Shown: positions 1 through 6,998 of the stretch, piece by piece
Layout: every line of letters starts with the position of its first letter
Numbering within the stretch: position 1 is the first letter of the stretch
Virus record (IMG/VR): IMGVR_UViG_2698536638_000003
Location: 61,292-81,291 of that record
Origin: an uncultured virus (IMG/VR IMGVR_UViG_2698536638_000003)
Taxonomy: Duplodnaviria; Heunggongvirae; Uroviricota; Caudoviricetes
Direction: 5' to 3' (one strand)
Length of the DNA stretch: 20,000 nucleotides
Notes under the pieces: model-generated
The model's input: only the letters and a program-made list of their open reading frames with translations
Databases searched by the model: none
What the model was told of the DNA's origin: nothing
Position numbers and translations under genes: made by a program

Positions 1-1449
1 GCCGATGACGCAGAAGCCGCCCAGGATGAAGAGGACGATCTCACCACACGGGTTGACGATGAACTGGTAGGAGTGATCCATCACCAGCTCGGCCAGGGCG
101 AGCTGCATCTCCCTGAAGTCCTCGCCGCCGAACTTGGCGAACGGGTAGACCAGGTAGTCGTCGGCGCCCTTGAGGTTGACGGAGAGCTTCGAGACGTTGA
201 GGAAGCCAGTCTCGCCGGTCAGGTCGTGGTACTGACGGCGCTTCATGGCCTCGTTCAGGTCGTAGGCCTTGCGTTCCCACTCACCGAGCTCGATGCCGTT
301 GCGCAGGAAATGACGGGCCTTGCGCAGGCACTCGTAAAACTCGTCGTCGACAGCGACGGAGTTATTCGATGACCAGAGGAAGGAGTCGTAGCCAGGCAGG
401 CCAGCCATCGCGTCGACCTCTTCCCAGCTGCGGCCGATGAACTCGATCGGGCGCTTGAGGTCGATGAACTCGAAGATGCCGGGGTCTTTCCAGAACTTGG
501 TCGCGATGCGCGCAGCGCGGCGGGCGCCACCGACCAGAACGCACTCGGCCAGATAGTGGTCGGCGATGATCGCAGACTTCCACTTTGGCATGTTGAGACC
601 GCGCAGGCGGGCCACATTGGCGATAGCGCCCATGAGCGGGCCCGGGCCAGAGGCAGGCCGGTTCTGCATGCCCTTGATCGGCTCGTTGAAGCCGCGGACC
701 TTGGTGTAGTCGAGGATCAGGACGTGCTCGTGCAGGCCCTTGTAGGTCGCCACCTCGATCTGCTCGACGCCTTCAGCCCAGCCTTCACGGCTGTCGTCGA
801 CCATGTGGTAGATCGTGTTCTCGCCGGCATAGAGGTGCAGAGCTTCGCGGGGCGTCATGTAGCCGGAGATCCGGCCCGACAGAACGTCAGGGTGGTTGTT
901 GTCGATGACGTTGATGACCTTCGGCTGCTTGGTCCAGTCGACCAGCATCAGGGCGTCGTCGTAGGCACCACCCACGCCGGAGCCAGAGAGCAGGAGCTGG
1001 AAGGTCATGGCGCGGAACATCGACGTGGAGCAGTTCGTGAAGACCTCCATCGGACGGTCTTTCTGCCGGATGTCGCCGTGCTGGAGGTGGCGGCCGGAGA
1101 GCAGGATGGTGCCTTCGGCGATATGGTAGTTCAGCGCCTGGAGGTCGTAGCAGTGCGGGTCGAGCGAGGTGTTGCCCTCGGCCACGCGCAGGGCGACGTC
1201 TTCCCAGCGCTCACGGCGCGTGTCGGGCTTGCGACCCATGTGTGGTGCTTCGGCGTCGTCAATGATCTTGATCAGGGGGAAGGTGAGGCTCAACGCCGAC
1301 CACCAGACTTTATAGTCGGGGTCTTTCGGGTTGAGATGGACAGCCTTGAGGCCTGCGTAGTTGGCCTTGGCATCGTCGGTGAGGATGAGACGGGCGACGG
1401 TGCGTTCAGCAACGCCTTGACCCATCCCCGGGAAGAAATCACGGGACAT
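1..1449 (-). CDS. nrdJ: Class II (adenosylcobalamin-dependent) ribonucleotide reductase, RTPR/monomeric NrdJ-like; 3' end lies beyond the window
   Basis: Manual translation from ATG at 1449 (MSRDFFPGMGQGVAERTVAR...) stays open for 483 codons to position 1. It contains RWEDVALRV, LSGRHL, FTNCS, LLLSGSGVG, DSREGW, ASGPGPL, VLVGGARRAA, SSNNSV, GETG and the catalytic NPCGEI (37..54) followed by GGFCVIG. SD-like GAGAGGT lies 5 nt upstream. It is missing from the ORF track because there is no stop codon in the window. Confidence 0.9.
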   Translation of the reverse strand, partial: MSRDFFPGMGQGVAERTVARLILTDDAKANYAGLKAVHLNPKDPDYKVWWSALSLTFPLIKIIDDAEAPHMGRKPDTRRERWEDVALRVAEGNTSLDPHCYDLQALNYHIAEGTILLSGRHLQHGDIRQKDRPMEVFTNCSTSMFRAMTFQLLLSGSGVGGAYDDALMLVDWTKQPKVINVIDNNHPDVLSGRISGYMTPREALHLYAGENTIYHMVDDSREGWAEGVEQIEVATYKGLHEHVLILDYTKVRGFNEPIKGMQNRPASGPGPLMGAIANVARLRGLNMPKWKSAIIADHYLAECVLVGGARRAARIATKFWKDPGIFEFIDLKRPIEFIGRSWEEVDAMAGLPGYDSFLWSSNNSVAVDDEFYECLRKARHFLRNGIELGEWERKAYDLNEAMKRRQYHDLTGETGFLNVSKLSVNLKGADDYLVYPFAKFGGEDFREMQLALAELVMDHSYQFIVNPCGEIVLFILGGFCVIG

Positions 1450-1482
1450 AAAAAACCTCTCAGTTCGGTGGAACTGAGAGGT
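1450..1482 (-). terminator. Terminator-like hairpin with U-tract that also sequesters the nrdJ Shine-Dalgarno
   Basis: Perfect 12-bp inverted repeat ACCTCTCAGTTC / GAACTGAGAGGT (1455..1482) with a 4-nt loop. On the minus strand it is followed by TTTTT and then directly by the ATG. Confidence 0.65.
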
Positions 1483-1486
1483 AAGA

Positions 1487-1502
1487 GTTCAAAATCTTGT
1501 AT
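1487..1502. promoter_or_regulatory. Possible single NrdR-box-like site
   Basis: gttCAAAATCTTGtat matches the CwAnATnTwG core of the NrdR box and lies about 40 nt upstream of the RNR start. No clear second box. Confidence 0.3.
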
Positions 1503-1524
1503 GTGAGTGATGCGTTTTGCTCAC

Positions 1525-1545
1525 CCTATAGTATCACCACTTTTT
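1525..1545 (-). promoter_or_regulatory. Putative phage promoter/regulatory motif, copy A (AAAAA-GTGG-TGATACTATAGG)
   Basis: The 12-mer and the A5 tract at the same spacing are shared with 15570..15590. It contains an extended -10-like TGnTACTAT and precedes the nrdJ leader. Confidence 0.55.
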
Positions 1546-2100
1546 TCCATGGGCCGACTTGCGGTGTTCGGCCGTGTGGTCCTTGCGGACCTTGTTGAAA
1601 GCGGACTTCTCGGCATAGGCGCCGTGGAGATCGTAGTTCCACTTCTCGGCGTATTGTTGAATGAGCTGCAGGGTGGCCCAGAGCTGTGCCTCGATCAGCA
1701 CCTTGATCTCGGGGAAGTGGTCTCCGTCGTCGGAGCAGAGCGCCCCGATGTCGACGACGGAACTCGTGATCTGCAGGAGCGCAGCGCCTTTGTTCGCGGG
1801 GGTCTCGTCGACCAGGTAGACGCCAGGTTTGATGTCGTATTTGTATGCACCGGAGAAATCCGCCAGGCGGATCACGGCGTCGACCAGCTCGACTTCCGCA
1901 CCAGGGCGGTGGGGGAGCTTGTCGTCCATCAGGTTCTTGCGCTCGGCCTCCATGGCCTCGGCGATCTCGGATACGACGAGCATGAGCAGCTCGTCCTTGT
2001 CACGGTCGAGGGGCGCACCGGTCTCCAGGTCGTGCCACCACTTGTGGTTGTTGGCGTGGCACTCGGTGGCGAGTTCGTTGTAGGTCAGTCCGTTGATCAT
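1534..2100 (-). CDS. MazG-like all-alpha NTP pyrophosphohydrolase (188 aa)
   Basis: LMLVVSEIAEAMEA...EVELVDAVIRLADF gives the ExxE...ExxD metal-binding pattern; C-terminal EKSAFNKVR. Start reassigned to ATG 2100 (ATGA overlap with the upstream gene). Confidence 0.8.
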   Translation of the reverse strand: MINGLTYNELATECHANNHKWWHDLETGAPLDRDKDELLMLVVSEIAEAMEAERKNLMDDKLPHRPGAEVELVDAVIRLADFSGAYKYDIKPGVYLVDETPANKGAALLQITSSVVDIGALCSDDGDHFPEIKVLIEAQLWATLQLIQQYAEKWNYDLHGAYAEKSAFNKVRKDHTAEHRKSAHGKKW

Positions 2101-2294
2101 TCGAAGCCTCGTTTGATGATTGCTGCGACCACCACGCCGGTCCAGGCGCCAGCCAGGAGAGCGGGGGTGTGCATGTCGAAAGGGGTTGGGAGGGTGAGCC
2201 ACAGGCCGTACGCAATGACGCCGGCCAGTGGGGGCACGATGACCATGCAGACGACTGCACCGATCATCGTGAGGGTCTCAGCGACCCGGTTCAC
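2097..2294 (-). CDS. Small membrane protein (65 aa, two hydrophobic segments)
   Basis: GTG start overlaps the upstream stop (GTGA) and its stop overlaps the MazG-like start. Hydrophobic stretches MIGAVVCMVIVPPLAGVIAYGLWL and ALLAGAWTGVVVAAII. Confidence 0.65.
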   Translation of the reverse strand: MNRVAETLTMIGAVVCMVIVPPLAGVIAYGLWLTLPTPFDMHTPALLAGAWTGVVVAAIIKRGFE

Positions 2295-2926
2295 AGCGGG
2301 CCTGAGAAGGGCCAAGGTGGGAACTTGGCGTCGAGGGGATAACCATCGTCATCGAGACGAGTGATGACCTTCGGCGGGGACTCGACCGTGTTAACCTGGG
2401 CCGCTGTGGCCGCCTGCTGCTTCTGGCGCTCCCGCTCGACCTGGACGGCCTTCAGGCGCTCGACCCACTCCTCGCCGGCATGGAGCAGATCGGCTTCCAC
2501 CTGGGACTTGGGTCGGTTATCGATCAAGGTGCCGTGGGCTTGGGCGTCGATCAGGATCGTGCAGCACGCCTTGACCGCGCCGAGGTTCTTGACGAGCGTG
2601 TCGCGCGTCATCTCCTCGCCGACCTTCCAGAGCTGAAGGTGTCGCATCGCGGCCTCGACGTAGGTCATGGCCTCGACCATGGTTTTACGCCAGTTGAGGG
2701 GCTCGTACTTCAGCATGCCGTCGTAGAGCGCCTCCAGCTCAGCCAGCTGGGCCGAGAGCGGGATGTAGCCGAGCGGCGGCTTCTTATCGCCGAAGGCGGC
2801 CTTGGGGTTGGCTGGCTTAGCCTCGGCGGCCCTGGGCTTGCTGAAGTTGCACTGCGAGTTTCCACAGGTGCCCGTGGCCTTGCTATACGAGCAGGCGGGG
2901 TGGATGCAGGATGAAAGGCCGGCCAT
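2291..2926 (-). CDS. dATP/dGTP diphosphohydrolase domain protein (DUF5664-like) with N-terminal Cys motif (211 aa)
   Basis: NPKAAFGDKKPPLGYIP...ALYDGMLKYEPLNWR...YVEAAMRHL...NLGAVKAC matches the DUF5664 pattern (K..l.liP, G..KYg..NWR, Y..A..RHL). Start at ATG 2926 by TGATG coupling. Confidence 0.8.
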   Translation of the reverse strand: MAGLSSCIHPACSYSKATGTCGNSQCNFSKPRAAEAKPANPKAAFGDKKPPLGYIPLSAQLAELEALYDGMLKYEPLNWRKTMVEAMTYVEAAMRHLQLWKVGEEMTRDTLVKNLGAVKACCTILIDAQAHGTLIDNRPKSQVEADLLHAGEEWVERLKAVQVERERQKQQAATAAQVNTVESPPKVITRLDDDGYPLDAKFPPWPFSGPL

Positions 2927-3441
2927 CAGAGCAAGCCCTCCGCTACGAACGCACGACGGAGCATGACTTCGCACTTGCGCTCGCCCCAGCACTGGATGGT
3001 GACCCCCAGCGGCTCAAGGCCGATGTCGTAGGGCGGCGAGAACAGCTGTGTCATCTCGTCCTGGCACATGCGCCGGTCATAGGGGGCGAGCTCCGCCATG
3101 TGCTCCCACGGCACGTCGAAGCGCGCGAAAATCACCTTCAACATGGCGTCTTCGATGTCGCGGTAAGCCGGCATCTGGAGCTTGATCGGGTGTGCGAAGT
3201 CGAGCAGTCCGAAGCCTTCCGAACAGTCGTGCAGCAGGGCTGCTCTGCGCAGGTGGCTAGGAACCACGCCGGCCAGCTTCACGACATGCTCGGCCACACG
3301 GTAGGTCCGTGGGGTCTGGCCAGAGTAGCGGGGCAGGCGCGACAGGGCGTGGATGGCGACGTCCAGGTCGATGTCTTCCGGCTGCAGATCCAGTGGGTTG
3401 ATCAGCTTGCGGTTGGCGATGAGGATGTGGGGATTAGCCAT
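2926..3441 (-). CDS. HD-domain phosphohydrolase (YfbR/YfdR-like 5'-deoxynucleotidase)
   Basis: DIDLDVAIHALSRLPRYSGQT, YRVAEH, ALLHDCSE, PIK and later DRRMCQDE are hallmarks of phage YfbR-like HD proteins. Confidence 0.85.
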   Translation of the reverse strand: MANPHILIANRKLINPLDLQPEDIDLDVAIHALSRLPRYSGQTPRTYRVAEHVVKLAGVVPSHLRRAALLHDCSEGFGLLDFAHPIKLQMPAYRDIEDAMLKVIFARFDVPWEHMAELAPYDRRMCQDEMTQLFSPPYDIGLEPLGVTIQCWGERKCEVMLRRAFVAEGLL

Positions 3442-3823
3442 GGAAGAACCTCCGCGGTGCGGTGGGCTTCCGGCGGGGGATCAGGTACTGAACGACCCAA
3501 CCCTGGTCGACCGACTGGCACATCTCGTGGGTGCCTTGGTCGAACTTGTGACGGGCGTCCTTCAACACCTCGTCGAACTCTTCAGCCCATTCAGTTCCGC
3601 AGCGCTTGATGGCGACAACGTACTGACGTGCATGCGGCCGGCCGAGGTCCTTGATGTCGTTCGGACGAGGGCATGCAACGGGCAAAGTGGAGATCGCTGT
3701 TGGCCCGTAGCGGGCGACCAACGAGTGGTAGGGGATAGAGAGGCGACGGGCGACCATAGAAAGGTTGCCGCCCGTCTTCCTGATTTCTTCTTCAACCAGT
3801 ATGTCGATGGATGATTTGTTCAT
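3434..3823 (-). CDS. Hypothetical protein with N-terminal Fis-type helix-turn-helix (129 aa)
   Basis: EIRKTGGNLSMVARRLSIPYHSLVARY resembles the Fis/NtrC HTH (gGN.s.aAr.Lgi....L). GAGGA SD before ATG 3823. Confidence 0.6.
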   Translation of the reverse strand: MNKSSIDILVEEEIRKTGGNLSMVARRLSIPYHSLVARYGPTAISTLPVACPRPNDIKDLGRPHARQYVVAIKRCGTEWAEEFDEVLKDARHKFDQGTHEMCQSVDQGWVVQYLIPRRKPTAPRRFFHG

Positions 3824-5807
3824 TTGGATCCTCAAGCTCGATGTAGTAGTCGGCTTGAGGGTATTTGTGACTGACGAGTAAGATCTGCGAGATACGTTCT
3901 GAGAGATACTCTAGGGTAAGAGCAGTATTGTTCGCGCGATCGGCGTCCATTGATGCGTCGATCTCGTCTCCCAGAAACACTGAGAACACATTGTTGGTCA
4001 GGACCTGGCCCAATCCAAGACGCAGCGAGAGGTTCGCCACGGCTTTGCCGGAGCCCGACAGCGTGTTCAGCGGCTGGCCGTCAACGGTGATCTCGAAGTC
4101 TTCGTCAACTTCGATCACATTGCGCTGCCCGCCGGTCATCCTTGAAACGTAGTGGCTGGCCACCTTGTTCAGGGATGGGATCAAGTGCTGCTTGACCAGG
4201 CGGCGCAGGATCGTCAGCGCCTCGCGGCCCTTTCGGTAGCCCTGTTCCTGCTCGCGCTTCGCCTTGATCTCCTTCGAGCGATCCTGAAACGTCTTCAGAT
4301 CGCGCTTGTAGATGGCGAGACGGTCCTCGTAGATCTTGGCCGCGTCGTAGTGCGCCTCCAGGAGCCGCAGATCGCTCGGGACCGATGCAAGCTCGGCTGC
4401 ACGCTCCTCGTCGACCGCACGGTTGGCTTCGGCCTCCTCCCACGCTGCGAGCCGACCCTGGTACGAAGCCAGGTCGTGCTCGTAGGCCAGGCGGCCCCGC
4501 CAGAGGGCGTTAAGGTCCTTGCTGGTCCCTGACGCCGGCGGGAAGGCCTCAAGCTCACCACGGCGGGCCTGTGCCTGCCTGGCGACCTTGAACTCCGCCA
4601 CCTGCTGGCGGGAAAACTGGGGCTCGGTCGCGTCCTTCACGCGCTCCCAGTCGTCCTTGACCTTGTCCCACGCCTGCAGCTGGCGGCGGGCGACGTCGAT
4701 GTTGACCATGTCGGGCTTGCTCGGCCGCTCCAGGCCCTTCAGCTCGATCGTCAGTTCGGTCTTGTCGTAGTCGACCTTCTTGAGCCGGTCCTCCTCGATC
4801 GGCCAGGAGCCGGTGCAGAACGGGCAGATGTGGCGCCCGACTGAACACAGATCGGCGTGCTGCTTGGTCAGATGGTCGAGCCGGTCGAACTTCCGGATCA
4901 GCTCGACGTCGGCGTCGGCCTTGGCGATCTGCTCGGCCGTCATCGTCCTGGGGTAGCCGCGCAGGATCTTCTGGCGAAGTTCCCAGTCGTCGATGCCGTC
5001 CTCGGAGAACTCCGGGGGCGGCGCCGGCAGGCGCTGGAGCTCGGCCTGAGCCGCCTCGTAGGAACGAGCCTGCTCCACAAGCTGCTCCAGCTCGCCGGCA
5101 GACTGATTGCAATTCGCAATTGGTTCCACCGGCTGCGCCAGCCGCGGCTGGGCGAGGCGGCCCTTGATCTGGTTCAGCTCGTCGTTAAGGACGCGCTGCG
5201 CATCGCGGAGTTCAGCGATCTCCTTGCTGGCGGTGTAGCCCTGTGGCTCCTCCGGCTTGGTGGGCTTCACCAGGCCACCTTCCATGCCCTCGATCAGCGA
5301 GGACAGGCTGTTGGCCTCCTGGCCGCACCACTTGGCCAGGTCGTCGATCGCCGACAGGCCGATGACGCTGTCCACCATCGCCTTGCGCTCGGTGGGCTGC
5401 ATCGAGCCGAGCTTCTCGATGTCGCCCTGGTTGGCGACACAGGCCGTGTCGAAGACCTTCAGGCCGAAGCCCATGATCTCGGTGACCTTGTTGTTGGCAC
5501 CCTTCTGGCCGTTGGCGATCTCGGTGTCACCACGGAAGATCTTGGCCGAGGTGATGGTTCGCTGCGAGATGTAGCTCTCACCCCTGACGTCGAAGGACAG
5601 CTTGACCTTCAGGTTTTTGTAGTCCTCGGCCTTGCCCCGCAGGGCGGCGGTGCCGAAGAGAGCATAGCGGATCATTTCCAGGATGACGGACTTGCCGGCC
5701 TCGTTCGGGCCGGTGATGGCGCCGAAGCCCTTCTGAAAAGAGAAATCCCCCGACAGGGTGCGGCCTGTCGAGGGAAAGGTAACACTGTATGTGAGGTGGT
5801 TAAGCAC
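3792..5807 (-). CDS. SbcC/Rad50-like (T4 gp46-like) ABC ATPase, recombination nuclease subunit
   Basis: Walker A GPNEAGKS, Q-loop VANQGDI, central CPFC zinc hook inside coiled coil, signature LSGSG, Walker B FLGDEID, H-loop LLVSH; adjacent to an SbcD-like gene. Confidence 0.9.
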   Translation of the reverse strand: MLNHLTYSVTFPSTGRTLSGDFSFQKGFGAITGPNEAGKSVILEMIRYALFGTAALRGKAEDYKNLKVKLSFDVRGESYISQRTITSAKIFRGDTEIANGQKGANNKVTEIMGFGLKVFDTACVANQGDIEKLGSMQPTERKAMVDSVIGLSAIDDLAKWCGQEANSLSSLIEGMEGGLVKPTKPEEPQGYTASKEIAELRDAQRVLNDELNQIKGRLAQPRLAQPVEPIANCNQSAGELEQLVEQARSYEAAQAELQRLPAPPPEFSEDGIDDWELRQKILRGYPRTMTAEQIAKADADVELIRKFDRLDHLTKQHADLCSVGRHICPFCTGSWPIEEDRLKKVDYDKTELTIELKGLERPSKPDMVNIDVARRQLQAWDKVKDDWERVKDATEPQFSRQQVAEFKVARQAQARRGELEAFPPASGTSKDLNALWRGRLAYEHDLASYQGRLAAWEEAEANRAVDEERAAELASVPSDLRLLEAHYDAAKIYEDRLAIYKRDLKTFQDRSKEIKAKREQEQGYRKGREALTILRRLVKQHLIPSLNKVASHYVSRMTGGQRNVIEVDEDFEITVDGQPLNTLSGSGKAVANLSLRLGLGQVLTNNVFSVFLGDEIDASMDADRANNTALTLEYLSERISQILLVSHKYPQADYYIELEDPNEQIIHRHTG

Positions 5808-6030
5808 TAGGCCACTCCTTGCATTTTCCTTGGATGCGCGCCTTGTTGACGGCGCTCATGACGGTCGGGTTGATCACTTCGTGGAAGAAGCGAGCAGTGT
5901 CGGCGAAGTGGCCAACGCCGAGGCCGGCGTTGACCTTGAGCTCCTTGATGAAGCTCTGCTCGGCGTGGTCGAGACCCACGGTCGTGAGCCACTCGTCCAT
6001 CGCCTTGATGATCTGCTCCTTACTCGGCAA
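5800..6030 (-). CDS. Hypothetical protein (76 aa) between the SbcD- and SbcC-like genes
   Basis: TTG start at 6030 with GAGGAG SD (MPSKEQIIKAMDEWLTTVG...). It overlaps both neighbours and fills the gap with typical codon usage. Confidence 0.6.
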   Translation of the reverse strand: MPSKEQIIKAMDEWLTTVGLDHAEQSFIKELKVNAGLGVGHFADTARFFHEVINPTVMSAVNKARIQGKCKEWPSA

Positions 6031-6997
6031 CGCGGGTCTCCTCGTACTTCGAGAGGATCTGCGAGCGGACTTCCTCCGGCACACTGGCTTCCTCGAACGC
6101 CTGGCTGAACAGCGCCATGAGGTTGAAGTCGCCCATGGAGACGTCTTCGGCCTGTTCCTCGACCACGCCGACACGCTTGAAGGTGAGCTGCAGGCAGTTC
6201 ACCTCGTGGTCCAGGCGCTCGCCGGGGCCGAGAAGCACGCGGACACACTTGCTGGAGAGGTCAACGTTGGTTTGCTCGAGCTCGGTGAGCGTCAGCGAGA
6301 CGTACATCTCGCCGTTGTCCTCGCCCTGGGCGTAGGGCTGCATCGATCCGACCTGGATGACCTTGACATCATCCCGCTCGAACTCGTCGGGCAGATGGAT
6401 GTGGCCGGTGTAGGCCACCTTGCAGCCCATCTCGGCCAGCTGCTTCGTCGGGATCATGTTGTCTTCGCCGAAGAGCGTGTCCCAGTGGCCGAAGGCGACG
6501 TCGATCTTGTCGACGATCAGCTCGGCCGCCGGGGTGGTGGGGTGGAAGGGATAGAAGCCAACCCTCTGGCCGCCGATCTTGGTGACGTAACCGAAGCCGG
6601 TGTGACGGATGATGAACACGTTTGGCAAACCGCCGACGATCAGCTCGAACAGGTCGAGCGCACCCTTTTTCTCCAGGTCGCGAGAAATGTCGTGGTTGCC
6701 GGCGATGACATAGTAGTTGGTCTTCGGGTTCTCACGGGCGGCCTTGAGGTACGCCCAGGCGGCCTGGAACACGATGCCGTAGGGCACTGCCCACTTGTCG
6801 AACAGGTCGCCCATGCAGATGAAGATCTCGTACTGGCCGGAGGCGGCGAGCCGCTGCCGGAAGTCGTCCATCACCATCTTCTCGCGGAGCCCACGCTTCT
6901 CAAGCGAAACACCCCGGACGAATGCTCGTCCGAGGTGCGGGTCTCCGAGAATGCCAGCAGTGGTGCTGCCGATTTCAATCTCGGTTATGCGATCCAT
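6020..6997 (-). CDS. SbcD/Mre11-like (T4 gp47-like) metallophosphoesterase nuclease (325 aa)
   Basis: Calcineurin-like motifs GDPHLG, GDLFD, GNHD, GHWD, GHIH. Start reassigned to ATG 6997 (MDRITEIEIG). Confidence 0.9.
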   Translation of the reverse strand: MDRITEIEIGSTTAGILGDPHLGRAFVRGVSLEKRGLREKMVMDDFRQRLAASGQYEIFICMGDLFDKWAVPYGIVFQAAWAYLKAARENPKTNYYVIAGNHDISRDLEKKGALDLFELIVGGLPNVFIIRHTGFGYVTKIGGQRVGFYPFHPTTPAAELIVDKIDVAFGHWDTLFGEDNMIPTKQLAEMGCKVAYTGHIHLPDEFERDDVKVIQVGSMQPYAQGEDNGEMYVSLTLTELEQTNVDLSSKCVRVLLGPGERLDHEVNCLQLTFKRVGVVEEQAEDVSMGDFNLMALFSQAFEEASVPEEVRSQILSKYEETRVAE

Positions 6998-6998
6998 G

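Noticed and set aside
1450..1533. Cobalamin riboswitch upstream of the B12-dependent RNR
   Set aside because: The gap is about 85 nt and has no recognisable B12-box; only a single hairpin is supported.
1524..1536. T7-like RNA polymerase promoter (ACTATAGGG)
   Set aside because: Only the last bases resemble the T7 promoter. The upstream TAATACGACTC is absent and no single-subunit RNAP is in the window.
1534..3441. A definite Z-genome (PurZ/DatZ/MazZ) pathway
   Set aside because: No PurZ is visible, and the HD protein looks like the widespread YfbR/YfdR type; kept only as a hypothesis.
3792..6997. SMC plus nuclease anti-plasmid defence system (Wadjet/Lamassu)
   Set aside because: The Mre11-type phosphoesterase, zinc hook and phage replication context fit SbcCD/gp46-47; there are no kleisin or effector genes.
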